DNA from: a virus
Strand: one strand, 5' to 3'
Length of the DNA: 64,000 nt
IMG/VR virus record: IMGVR_UViG_3300036770_008166
Span: 51,247 to 115,246 of that record
Part shown: positions 9,868 through 19,377 of the stretch, piece by piece
Numbering within the stretch: the first letter of the stretch is position 1
How the letters are laid out: every line of letters begins with the position of its first letter
The notes under the pieces: generated by a model
What the model saw: the letters and a program-made list of their open reading frames with translations, nothing else
Told to the model about the DNA's origin: nothing
Databases searched by the model: none
Position numbers and translations under genes: made by a program

Positions 9868-11260
9868 GATACTCACATTGTTGCCACCAGTCGCGCATTT
9901 CTGGAAACGTGGCAAGAAAATCTGTATTACGACGCCTATCGTGCTCAGAGAAAAATCTGTAGAAATCGGCTCGGCACCGTTTGAGATATTGTGCGTCTAG
10001 TTTTGCTCCATCTCTCATCCAGGCAATGTCTCGTTCTAATCTTTGTATCTCGAAATCTTTGAATCCTTGAAACGGGGCGTCAGGCCGTTCATGTTGACGT
10101 ATCATCCAAGCCCAAAGGTGGTCCAGCCGATCTGCATAACTTTCTGGCAAGATCTGTAGGCTCTGCCATTCGGGCTTCCTCAGTACCGGAGTATCAAACC
10201 ACACACGTTGATATGTTTGATTATAGGTGCGGCGGAGTCCTAGTATACCGGCAAACAGTTTGTCTAGGCTGGTCACAGATAGATTGTTCATGGTCACGAT
10301 AAAGGTCAGGCTATTTCTGTATGGTATCTCATTGAGAAACTGATTCACTCGATCCCATAAAAGTTCAAAATCCAAACCGTGCCGCATATACTCGGCTTGC
10401 AGGGCCCATCCGTCGATGCTGACATACTGCATAAAATGTTCAAGAATCGGTTGGTCACACAATCGCTTCACGTAGTCTTTGTAGCGTTGCCACAATTTCT
10501 CTTCCACAGAGAAATTGCTGGTCACACAGAGATGCAGATCAAGTTTAGGATTGGCCAGCACATAATCAAACACACGGTAGGTATTGCGATCCATGAGTGG
10601 TTCTCCGCCTGTCATGCGAAAGTGTGTTAGTTCAGGATACAGGTCGGGCCACCAATCCCAGAAAGCTTCGACCCAGGGATTATGTTCACGAGCAGGAATA
10701 GGACGGCGGTCGCCTAGAAAATGATCTGGATGATTGTGCGGGGTGCTGGTAGGATAAGCACCTAGGCGTTGAATTTCGTCTTGCCAGGTGGATGAAAATT
10801 GTGGACTACAATAGCTGCACCGGAGATTGCAAACATGATTGAAGTTGACTTCTACATAGCTGGGTGTCACATCATTCTCATCTCCGGTGAAAGCAATGAT
10901 CCGATCAAAATCTCGACTCGCCCAGGGTTCTCCTGATCTGTAATGACGATCACTCATCTGTCCAAGATCTTCCATGTTCCAACAGTATTGGCATTCAGCA
11001 GGACGCTGGCCCTCTAGCATCATCTTTCGCTGTAGTTTCTTGTGTGTGGTATTGTGCAAAGCGCTGGGACGACGCCCGATTTCGGTCACGGGTATACGGT
11101 GCAGAGGCGGATGATAGCAGGAATTGTTAAGACCGGTTGGGAGATGGAGACTGACCTGCTTCCATTTGGCTAAACATAACGCAGATCCTAGTTTCTCTTT
11201 CATTACATGTGCAGCAGATAGAAAATCACTGGATTTTGTTGGCGAAGCAAGATCAGACAT
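9857..11260 (-). CDS. Radical SAM protein with N-terminal twitch-like Cys/His domain
   Basis: CNLRCSYC, GGEPL, SIDG; N-terminal CLAKW...SCYHP...CQYC. Confidence 0.9.
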   Translation of the reverse strand: MSDLASPTKSSDFLSAAHVMKEKLGSALCLAKWKQVSLHLPTGLNNSCYHPPLHRIPVTEIGRRPSALHNTTHKKLQRKMMLEGQRPAECQYCWNMEDLGQMSDRHYRSGEPWASRDFDRIIAFTGDENDVTPSYVEVNFNHVCNLRCSYCSPQFSSTWQDEIQRLGAYPTSTPHNHPDHFLGDRRPIPAREHNPWVEAFWDWWPDLYPELTHFRMTGGEPLMDRNTYRVFDYVLANPKLDLHLCVTSNFSVEEKLWQRYKDYVKRLCDQPILEHFMQYVSIDGWALQAEYMRHGLDFELLWDRVNQFLNEIPYRNSLTFIVTMNNLSVTSLDKLFAGILGLRRTYNQTYQRVWFDTPVLRKPEWQSLQILPESYADRLDHLWAWMIRQHERPDAPFQGFKDFEIQRLERDIAWMRDGAKLDAQYLKRCRADFYRFFSEHDRRRNTDFLATFPEMRDWWQQCEYHAR

Positions 11261-12434
11261 AGGCTTTACCCATCTCTTGATTTATTAAAGCATTCCATGT
11301 TCGGTAGATTTGGTTAGGTATTTGTTTGCATATTTCATCCATTTTCAGACAATTGTTTGCAAATCTGTCTTTTTTTGCTTGCCACAATTTGTCAAGATCT
11401 GTGGAACCATCCAGCAAGTGCAAGTTATCATCCAACGCCTTCAATAACCTAACGCCCGGATCCTTGATTCGATCGTACTCATGATTGATCACATCATCAA
11501 ACGTATCTATTCCGAGATCCCGCAAATATTGCACCGTCCCTGTGCAGTTAATATGGATTAAAAAATTACATCCATAAACGGCCTGCAATTCTTTTTCCGT
11601 GACAAACAACCCCGGTTCACCAAACAGCGTGCCTGTCACTATTTCTAATCTGGTTTGCTGTCGGATCGGCGCTAAATGTTTTTCTCCGTTGATTCTAACG
11701 GCATCGGTCAATCGAATGTTGTCGAAGATTGCAGAATCCCCAAACGGTGGAAGTCGTGACCTGTTGAACGAATTTTGAATCAAACGCTGATACCCTTGAT
11801 CTAGATATTCATAGACATCTCGGTCCCATGTGTATGTGAGAAAATTATATATGTGTTCGAATTGTTGGCATCTTTTTACGAAGACATCGCTGGCGGTAAT
11901 AAAAGCCATACGGTCCAGTTGTCTGGCTAACAAATATGATAAAACTCCTACACGATGCCACCAGATGTCGTTGTTGCACATCACATAGGAATATTGATTT
12001 GGCATTTTGTCGCAGGCGTACATAGGTACGGACTTTCTTGCAAGGCCATTCCACCAATAAGGGCCTGCTACTACCTTGAGATTATTGACATCAACCATGG
12101 CCTGCGTGATGAGATGTTCCGTAAGCAGCAAAAAAGTTTTATCCGGATTCGCGCTACAGATCTTTTCAAGTTCCAAAAGACCGAGAGGTTTTGAATCCTG
12201 ATACCAATTATATTCACGATCGATACACAATGCATCACTGGTGATAAGGATCACGATTGGTTTGCAGAAAGCCTGTCTGCACAAATTCGGCCAGACATCT
12301 GTGCCTGGACCGTGATGCACAGCATAACACTCAGCTTTTGTCCAGTCTACCCCTGCCAGCAATAAGTCAATGTCCAATGAGTCCTCGATCGTGGACATCA
12401 CCGCACTATCAATATAAGTGCAATCTATTTTCAT
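11253..12434 (-). CDS. Putative glycosyltransferase-like protein (divergent TEK family)
   Basis: LEIVTGT...FVTEK...YLRDLGIDTFDDVINHEYD, homologous to the C-terminus of its three paralogues. Confidence 0.6.
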   Translation of the reverse strand: MKIDCTYIDSAVMSTIEDSLDIDLLLAGVDWTKAECYAVHHGPGTDVWPNLCRQAFCKPIVILITSDALCIDREYNWYQDSKPLGLLELEKICSANPDKTFLLLTEHLITQAMVDVNNLKVVAGPYWWNGLARKSVPMYACDKMPNQYSYVMCNNDIWWHRVGVLSYLLARQLDRMAFITASDVFVKRCQQFEHIYNFLTYTWDRDVYEYLDQGYQRLIQNSFNRSRLPPFGDSAIFDNIRLTDAVRINGEKHLAPIRQQTRLEIVTGTLFGEPGLFVTEKELQAVYGCNFLIHINCTGTVQYLRDLGIDTFDDVINHEYDRIKDPGVRLLKALDDNLHLLDGSTDLDKLWQAKKDRFANNCLKMDEICKQIPNQIYRTWNALINQEMGKAYV

Positions 12435-12435
12435 A

Positions 12436-13476
12436 TCAACAAAAAATCTCTCTTAGTTTTTCATACCTCAATTGCATAAAAATCTCATAATTATGCTCCA
12501 GCACAGATTGCATATCATTTAAAATGACACGACATTTTTCATGATTCCAATCTGCAATTTCATCCAAGAGCTCAACTATCATCTTGATCCTGGTTTGATC
12601 CGTCTGTCCATCATAATCTTCAGACCACCACCGACCAAAAGTCTGGAATCCCAATTTTCGTAAATGATACAAATAACTACCTGTACCTAGCACTATGAAA
12701 GGACGACGCGCAATGATGCAGCGCCAGAGTTTTTCTGTGACTAAAAAATTATTGCCAGAAACATTGGGTTCAGTCACTATATCCACAAAAATATCGTAAT
12801 AGAAATTGATCAGATTTAGATTGGCCGGTACCTGTATTGGATAATAACTACCGGGATGTTGGAAAATAGATTGGCTGGTGTCTGCATGCTTGAGAAAATC
12901 TAGATCGATGGTGCGAGGACAGTTTGTCAAAAACGCAGCGCATTCTGGTATTATATCACAATCACGTTGAAAAAGATCATCTAACCCCACATATCCGTTG
13001 CGGTTGTAGTTTTCTCTTTGCCTATCGTAATGATATGTCTGCAAGGTGCGATCTCGATGTCGCAGATCGAGATAGGTAGCAATCCATAATCGAGCCCAGG
13101 TGGTGCGACTCACGAAACAACCAAAATGTCGTGTAGGATTGTCGCCTGTGTCTACACTGTTGGAGCGATGCCAATCCTGCACTTGTTGGACTTCATACCA
13201 GTAGTCTGGACATCGCACTACACGATAATCGGAATGAGCTTCTAGCATGTTGGCGGTTTGTATCGTCACGCGAGTCCGGTCAAAAGCCAGTCGGTCACAA
13301 AATTCGTCCAACATCCTGTAAAGGCCAAGTTGTTCTGCACAGCTGCCTTCGGGATAAAAATCTATCACAACGTCACGATCCTCTTGGGCAGCTTGACACA
13401 ATGTAGCAGTCAATCTATCTTTGCGATAAATTTTGCGGTCTTGTGTTTGAACAGATATCGTCAATGGCTTATTCAT
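12436..13476 (-). CDS. Putative glycosyltransferase-like protein (TEK family)
   Basis: FVDIVTEP...LVTEKLWR...RPFI...LRKLGFQTF...WSEDYD. Confidence 0.65.
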   Translation of the reverse strand: MNKPLTISVQTQDRKIYRKDRLTATLCQAAQEDRDVVIDFYPEGSCAEQLGLYRMLDEFCDRLAFDRTRVTIQTANMLEAHSDYRVVRCPDYWYEVQQVQDWHRSNSVDTGDNPTRHFGCFVSRTTWARLWIATYLDLRHRDRTLQTYHYDRQRENYNRNGYVGLDDLFQRDCDIIPECAAFLTNCPRTIDLDFLKHADTSQSIFQHPGSYYPIQVPANLNLINFYYDIFVDIVTEPNVSGNNFLVTEKLWRCIIARRPFIVLGTGSYLYHLRKLGFQTFGRWWSEDYDGQTDQTRIKMIVELLDEIADWNHEKCRVILNDMQSVLEHNYEIFMQLRYEKLREIFC

Positions 13477-14324
13477 ATTTTGGTCTTTTGTCGTTTGACA
13501 TTGGCCAGATGTTGAATTCGCGACGCGAGGTCTCGACTACTGGGACACTGTCTGCATACAGCATCAGGGCGACCGAAATTGCTCAGGAATTGATCTAGAT
13601 CTTGATCACTGCAATCCGGAGCGATGCCATCTCTGAGAAAAGGCTGCCACAGTTCCGCATTGGGCATGCCAAATTTGATCAATATGTCTTTCAATAGTCC
13701 CACGGTGCTACATTTGTACACACGACCTTGATAGAGCAAAGGACAAGTTTGCTGGCAACATACCTCAAACGCGGCTTTGGGCTCGTTGTCATGTGGTCGC
13801 ATGTTGATATAAGAACCTTGGAAAGTCTTCCAAAATACATCAGGCCTGCTGACCTGGAATCTGAATCTATTGCCAGTTTCGAACCTATCGATACCGTATT
13901 CTTTGACAGGCCGCCAGTTGAACCTGTTCATGATGTACTGGATGGTGTTTTCTAAGGCCTGGTCATTGACATGAACACCGATCTTGAACACTATGTTGCC
14001 CACATCTGCTGCCAAATCCACAATGTCGAGATTGCGTTCTAAAAGCAATCCATTGGTTGTGAAACGTATCTGAGCTGTTGGCATCAAAGACCGGATTCCC
14101 TGTATCCACTGTCGGATTTCGGGATTGAGCAAGGGTTCGCCACCCAAGATACCAAAATCTGGTATGTCTACTCTGACCAACCAGGCCTGTATCTCTTTCT
14201 GGGCTTGTGACCATGGAATCCATCCTTTGTGCGCCACATCGCTGTAGTTGGTACAACCTGAGCATGCAAGATTACAAGACTGGGTAGCCATCATTTCTAC
14301 AAATGGCAGCAAGGGTAGATTCAT
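13473..14324 (-). CDS. Radical SAM protein with C-terminal Cys-rich (SPASM-like) region
   Basis: CNLACSGC, GGEPLL, TTNG; C-terminal CCQQTC...YKC...CRQC. Confidence 0.9.
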   Translation of the reverse strand: MNLPLLPFVEMMATQSCNLACSGCTNYSDVAHKGWIPWSQAQKEIQAWLVRVDIPDFGILGGEPLLNPEIRQWIQGIRSLMPTAQIRFTTNGLLLERNLDIVDLAADVGNIVFKIGVHVNDQALENTIQYIMNRFNWRPVKEYGIDRFETGNRFRFQVSRPDVFWKTFQGSYINMRPHDNEPKAAFEVCCQQTCPLLYQGRVYKCSTVGLLKDILIKFGMPNAELWQPFLRDGIAPDCSDQDLDQFLSNFGRPDAVCRQCPSSRDLASRIQHLANVKRQKTKI

Positions 14325-14331
14325 CTCGAGC

Positions 14332-15342
14332 TCAAAACAATTGTTGGGTCCATGCCGCCGGAGTTTTATTTGATCTGATTTCTATCGGCAAATGATACAC
14401 AAAAGGTTTGCTCCCTTTTTTCTTGATATAATCTACCAACTTTATTAATGAATTACGAATCGGCACAGTTTCCTTATAGCCAAAATACTGTCTAATTTTG
14501 TCGGAAGAACATACCGCATGTTTTACTTCCTGGGGGCGTGGTGCTACAAAAATGGGATCCAGGTCGATTCCGATAATTTCCGCCAACAGGGTTGCCAAGT
14601 CCATTATGGTGATAGGATCTCTGTCTGGACCAATGTTAAAAGTCTGGTTGATAGACATTTCATCAGTCGCCAATCGCCCCAGACAATCTACGGCGTCTGC
14701 TATGTCAGTAAAACATCTGGTTTGCGATCCATCGCCATAGATTATGGGTTGGCGACCTTGCAACATGAGATTGGTCATTATGCTGGCCACATTGCGGAAA
14801 GGATCATCATATTTTTGCCTGGGACCAATGATGTTGTGCGGTACTGCGATCACCAGATCAAGACCGTGTATGGTTGATAGATTTTGTAACAAAAGTTCAG
14901 AGCTGTATTTGGCTATACCATATGGATCTTGCGGACGACACATCATGTGTTCTTGAAAAGGCTGGCCATCAAAGTTGCCATATCTAGCCATGCTGGAACA
15001 ATGCACGAACCTTGTCACTCCGGCCATGATCGCAGCAGTAAAAGCATTCACCGAAATTTGCACTGTATTTTCCACGATCAAACTAGGTGAAAACACAGAC
15101 AATCCTTCGTACGCTGTACACGCAGTATGATAGACAATGTCACAGTCATGCATCAACTTATCGAGACCTGACAGAGATCTGAGATCGTGGTCATAAAATT
15201 CCACGTCATCGCTTACATTAGATCTATATCCGCCCAGCAGGTTATCACAACCGGTTACCTGATGTCCTTGTTGCAAAAAGTGATCCGCAAGATGACTGCC
15301 TACAAATCCGGCTACACCCGTAATAAAAATTTTCTTGGTCAT
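14332..15342 (-). CDS. NAD-dependent NDP-sugar epimerase/dehydratase (extended SDR)
   Basis: TGVAGFVGSH Rossmann motif, SSMARYG, catalytic YGIAK, GDGSQTRCF. Confidence 0.93.
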   Translation of the reverse strand: MTKKIFITGVAGFVGSHLADHFLQQGHQVTGCDNLLGGYRSNVSDDVEFYDHDLRSLSGLDKLMHDCDIVYHTACTAYEGLSVFSPSLIVENTVQISVNAFTAAIMAGVTRFVHCSSMARYGNFDGQPFQEHMMCRPQDPYGIAKYSSELLLQNLSTIHGLDLVIAVPHNIIGPRQKYDDPFRNVASIMTNLMLQGRQPIIYGDGSQTRCFTDIADAVDCLGRLATDEMSINQTFNIGPDRDPITIMDLATLLAEIIGIDLDPIFVAPRPQEVKHAVCSSDKIRQYFGYKETVPIRNSLIKLVDYIKKKGSKPFVYHLPIEIRSNKTPAAWTQQLF

Positions 15343-16295
15343 GTACCTATTTCTAAGATCTGTAAGTTGTAGTCAAAGTTCTTGGCTACCATGTAGTTAT
15401 GTTCCAACTGGAATCGCATGCACATATACAATTCTTCCAGTTCTTCACGAGATTTCGAGGCCAACCAATCTATCAAATTTAGGATTTTGATATATCTGTC
15501 GCCTTCTGCAAATCCATCATAGTCTTCGTTCCAAAATTCATTGAATGTATAAAATCCCAACTGTCTTACATATTCTAGATAATTTTCCGAAGCCATCGCT
15601 ATAAACGGTTTTTTCATCAGAATAGGTCGCACCAATTTTTCGGTAGGAAAAAACGTTCGCCCCTTGATATTGGGTTCGCTAATGATGTCAACAAAAATGT
15701 TGGCATACAATTGTAAAAGACCTTTATCGTAGGTAAAGAGATGTCCGTGAGGTTGATAACCTAGATTTTTTGGTTCGTGCATGTCGATCCAGTTAGCTAG
15801 ATAGGTCAAGCTGTCGGGGTCATATACAAACAATTTATTGACTTCGCATAGCGCACGCTGATCTGGATCGCGGAAATCTACAGGAAATATTATTTCAGAA
15901 TCGGCTCTATATTGATTGCACAGATAGGCTGCAATGCCTAATCTGTTGGCCGTTGGGCGGCCAAAAAAAGCTCCAAATATCTTGGTTTGATTCCATACAC
16001 CCGACGTGTTGAGATCGTATTTTTCAATGTCCAGAAAAAATCTACCTACATTGACTTTTGATATACCATATCGATCATGCGCTTCCAATTGATTATGTGT
16101 CATGATTTGCACTGAGGTGAAGTTGAATTTATCAAGTATGTCATAGAATCCTGACGCTCTAAGACAGTGTGCTTCTGGGTTGACTATGATACAGATATCA
16201 CTGCCTTGATTGTCATTCAAGAACGCAATCAGATCTGGGATGTTCCACAGCATATCATTGGTTACTGTGACAGTGAATTCTTTGTGATCTACCAC
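15339..16295 (-). CDS. Putative glycosyltransferase-like protein (TEK family)
   Basis: FVDIISEP...FPTEKLVRP...KPFI...LGFYTF...WNEDYD; paralogous to 12436-13476. Confidence 0.65.
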   Translation of the reverse strand: MVDHKEFTVTVTNDMLWNIPDLIAFLNDNQGSDICIIVNPEAHCLRASGFYDILDKFNFTSVQIMTHNQLEAHDRYGISKVNVGRFFLDIEKYDLNTSGVWNQTKIFGAFFGRPTANRLGIAAYLCNQYRADSEIIFPVDFRDPDQRALCEVNKLFVYDPDSLTYLANWIDMHEPKNLGYQPHGHLFTYDKGLLQLYANIFVDIISEPNIKGRTFFPTEKLVRPILMKKPFIAMASENYLEYVRQLGFYTFNEFWNEDYDGFAEGDRYIKILNLIDWLASKSREELEELYMCMRFQLEHNYMVAKNFDYNLQILEIGT

Positions 16296-17215
16296 CCCTC
16301 TTGTCTCCGTATCACATCAATCTCTCTTACCATGATACCTTGATTTTGCCAGTTTGAGCGATAGTGGCGCTTGAAAAAAGCACTCTGTTCGGCCTCCAAC
16401 ATGGCTACTGGAAGGTCCAGCTGATCATGCAATTCGACGCCGATCTTGCCGGCCATGACTCTGGGGTCCGACGTTTCCACCGTGGTCCATAGAGCCTGCA
16501 AAGAATCAAAATCCTGCACTTCACGATGATCCCAATTGGTCAACATGGTCATGTAGGTACCTTGACGAGCTCCGGCTATGGCCCAGATGCCATGCTCCAC
16601 GTCAGTACCTACGTTATGCCATATGGTGAGATGATCAAGATTGCGTTGGTGCACGCGGTCTCGGAATTCTGCTGCAGAAGGTCGTCGACCTTGGTCTAGG
16701 CACATCTTGACACCCTCTCGGAATCCGGCACGCCAGGCCTGGAAGGCGGATCCATTGGGATAAGTCACTGACCAACAGTCGTGCATGGCCCAATAAAGCG
16801 GATCGAAACAGAATTCTACCTGTGTGGCATCCGATCCGTCCGTGTTTTCGTGGGTGGTCATGTTGGCAACAAAGGTACGAGTCCATGAGCTGAGGCCGCC
16901 ATTGCCATACATGAGGCCATTGATGGTGTTGTAAGCTCTCCAACGCAGCACAGCAGATTCCCAGGTCACATCTGGAAACTCTAGCACCTGATTGAAAAAC
17001 ACCGGATCTGGCAGGTTGTCCCCATCAATCAAGATAAAACGCTCTGTGGCACTGGCCTCGCCGGCTGCCTTGTGTGCTGCATCTGATCCTTTGATGCCAT
17101 GCACTCTCTGAGCCCAAGGTACCATGTTCCGGATGGTGATCCAGAACTCTTCACACTGAGGCTCATCATAGGTCAGATAGATACAGTCTAAATCTGCCAC
17201 GTCAATCTTGGTCAT
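16289..17215 (-). CDS. GT-A-fold glycosyltransferase-like protein
   Basis: N-terminal beta-strand YLTYDEP, then AHKAA helix and FILIDGDN (DxD) in the GT2-like position. Confidence 0.6.
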   Translation of the reverse strand: MTKIDVADLDCIYLTYDEPQCEEFWITIRNMVPWAQRVHGIKGSDAAHKAAGEASATERFILIDGDNLPDPVFFNQVLEFPDVTWESAVLRWRAYNTINGLMYGNGGLSSWTRTFVANMTTHENTDGSDATQVEFCFDPLYWAMHDCWSVTYPNGSAFQAWRAGFREGVKMCLDQGRRPSAAEFRDRVHQRNLDHLTIWHNVGTDVEHGIWAIAGARQGTYMTMLTNWDHREVQDFDSLQALWTTVETSDPRVMAGKIGVELHDQLDLPVAMLEAEQSAFFKRHYRSNWQNQGIMVREIDVIRRQEGW

Positions 17216-17537
17216 AGGTTTTCATGCTCCACTTTTGTACGTCGCCATGCGATCTCACGATCATGACATCGTAAACATCACAACTTGTGCCCTGTTCGCT
17301 TGGCACCAGTTTGGCGGGTTGTAGCCAAGGATGATACTGGTGCAGCCGTCCGTCTCTTACTCGAATCCATTTGCTGCCACGTGCATAGGTGGCTTGATCG
17401 ATGTCTATGTATGTACCAGGCAGATCCTCCATGCTGTAGCATATGAGTCGACCACGGTCATCGTGATACAATCGATAAAACACAGGCTGAGCCGTGGGTG
17501 CTGCATGCAGGATCTGCCAAAATTCTTCGGGGGTCAT
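17202..17537 (-). CDS. Hypothetical protein
   Basis: Start moved to MTPEEF (17537), which gives an ATGA overlap with the upstream stop. Confidence 0.7.
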   Translation of the reverse strand: MTPEEFWQILHAAPTAQPVFYRLYHDDRGRLICYSMEDLPGTYIDIDQATYARGSKWIRVRDGRLHQYHPWLQPAKLVPSEQGTSCDVYDVMIVRSHGDVQKWSMKTYDQD

Positions 17538-18298
17538 GGTAGCCAGTTCTTTTCGTGGTAGTGAAAAGCGCCCCATTGCACCACGGTATCAATGCGCAGT
17601 CGTCCGTTATCATGTTCCCATACCAGATTTTTTGACCAAGGTCCCACGGTACCAGCAGTGCGAGGTTTCATATGCACTATCTGCGGATACGAAGCAAAAG
17701 GCATGGTCACACGTTCCGGACCCATGACAGCTGCAGCTATGGCGTAGACCAGGTCGGTGCTGGCCTGATCTTCCGCGAATCGCAGGAGTTGTTTTACCTG
17801 TGGCCAAGTCTGGAATATCTGCCGTACCAGATCAAAAAATTCTTTGGCTGTGGCAGACAGGCGCCAATAGGTCACAGCATTGTACACATCTGGCAAGTGG
17901 TTTTCACGGAAACATCTACGATACGGAGAATTCGTTACTAGCTGATCGTGCCAATCTCGGCATCCTGTGCTGATCACTAGATCACGATGCCGGAGCATGT
18001 TCCACCAATGATCTATGGCGCTGACAATCAGCATGTCAGCTTCCAGCTTGATGGTCTCGCGGAAAGGTGTGTGTCGGAATACAGCAGCATCATTGGCATA
18101 GGCCGTGGCGGCTGGATCTATCAGGCGCACATGATCAAATTCAGGCGCCGACACTATCTGGTCTGTGATCAGACAGGTCCGGGCTGCTGGGTGCCACGAT
18201 TTCAAACTGGCAAACAGGCGCTGTGCCATGGACACATAGTCCGCGGTGTCGGTGTTCACTGCCACACACACATATCCCTGCTCTTCAATGGGCCGCAA
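17534..18298 (-). CDS. GT-A (GT8-like) glycosyltransferase
   Basis: LITD, TPFRETIKLEADM (DxD variant), STDLVYA and late HMK/HYH motifs. TTG start at 18298 with GGAG SD preferred over the track start at 18439. Confidence 0.65.
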   Translation of the reverse strand: MRPIEEQGYVCVAVNTDTADYVSMAQRLFASLKSWHPAARTCLITDQIVSAPEFDHVRLIDPAATAYANDAAVFRHTPFRETIKLEADMLIVSAIDHWWNMLRHRDLVISTGCRDWHDQLVTNSPYRRCFRENHLPDVYNAVTYWRLSATAKEFFDLVRQIFQTWPQVKQLLRFAEDQASTDLVYAIAAAVMGPERVTMPFASYPQIVHMKPRTAGTVGPWSKNLVWEHDNGRLRIDTVVQWGAFHYHEKNWLP

Positions 18299-19070
18299 CG
18301 ATGTCTCCCAGCTGGCGCTTGCACATGGCATGGAAATCTTGATCCTGCAGCGAGCATCGGCGCGGACGGTCCGCTGGACCATATTGCACAATAAATTGGT
18401 CCTGATCTTGTTGCACGAGTTTGTGTTCAGGCAACACATTTATCATGGCACACACTCGAGGCATCACAGGATCTACATGCCCGTTGACCAAAGGCAGTGC
18501 CATGCTGAGTGCATAATCATTTCGATACAGGGGCGAGTCTACGTGGAAAAGATCTCGATAGTGCTGCCAGTTATCGCGTATCATGCGCATGCTGTCAAAT
18601 ATGAATCGAGCTTGATTGTCACGATTGAACGCTACCACCGTGGCCCAGTATTGGGGGTGGTGATGCCGGCCAAATGTGTTCCAACTGTGAGAACCACCTG
18701 CAGCGATGGCATGTCGGAAACACCACAATCTGTCATGATCCATGATGACTCTCAGTGCATCGCTGGCGATAACATAGTCAGCATCCAACAACAGTGTACG
18801 ATCATAAGGAGAAAGATCAAACGCATCACAGCGATCACGATTGTGCCAGGGCACTGTATGACCTAGATCTTCGAACCATCTGTCACGATGGCCCGACGGC
18901 GCTGCTATCTTGATTACCCGATCAAATACTGCGTCATTGACATCTTGATCGGTAATCAGCGTGGTAGGCAGATCCAAGTGCCTGAGGATGCGCTGTGCGC
19001 TCCAGGCCGCCATGGCCACATAGTCCAAGGCGCCGGCTCCTACAGCGAAAATCACTGCGCCCTGTGTCAT
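18285..19070 (-). CDS. GT-A (GT8-like) glycosyltransferase
   Basis: TLITD, SPYDRTLLLDADY (DxD), RNDYALS and late HAMCK; paralogue of 17534-18298. Confidence 0.7.
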   Translation of the reverse strand: MTQGAVIFAVGAGALDYVAMAAWSAQRILRHLDLPTTLITDQDVNDAVFDRVIKIAAPSGHRDRWFEDLGHTVPWHNRDRCDAFDLSPYDRTLLLDADYVIASDALRVIMDHDRLWCFRHAIAAGGSHSWNTFGRHHHPQYWATVVAFNRDNQARFIFDSMRMIRDNWQHYRDLFHVDSPLYRNDYALSMALPLVNGHVDPVMPRVCAMINVLPEHKLVQQDQDQFIVQYGPADRPRRCSLQDQDFHAMCKRQLGDIVAAH

Positions 19071-19372
19071 CGTTGACTACGCAGGCCTTCTGATTCAGTC
19101 AACCAGGCTGCCAGTTGTTCTTGCCAGCGCTGTTGGCTCAGCTGCATAAGTTCTGTCACTGTCACACGCACAGGATTTTGGTATAGATCCAGCAGCACTG
19201 CCTCTGTATCAGGACAGGTCAGCAGCGTGGTCTGCAGTTCGGGTCCAGCTCGCCACATACCTCCGGCATGGGCGAACAGCATCTTGGCTTCGTATTTTTC
19301 TCGCAGGATGCGTTTCTGGCTTTCATGATCGAATCGGCTGCGGATGTGTTGGGTCAAGGCATCAGTATCCAT
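19067..19372 (-). CDS. Hypothetical protein, first gene of the modification operon
   Basis: 101-aa ORF, ATGA overlap with the next gene, directly downstream of a sigma70-type promoter. Confidence 0.75.
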   Translation of the reverse strand: MDTDALTQHIRSRFDHESQKRILREKYEAKMLFAHAGGMWRAGPELQTTLLTCPDTEAVLLDLYQNPVRVTVTELMQLSQQRWQEQLAAWLTESEGLRSQR

Positions 19373-19377
19373 GCCTT

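Noticed and set aside
79-19372. Host-derived LPS/capsule island or chimeric assembly
   Set aside because: No flippase, polymerase or export genes; the operon is contiguous with tail genes, and related radical SAMs are interleaved with gp47/gp46, so it belongs to the phage.
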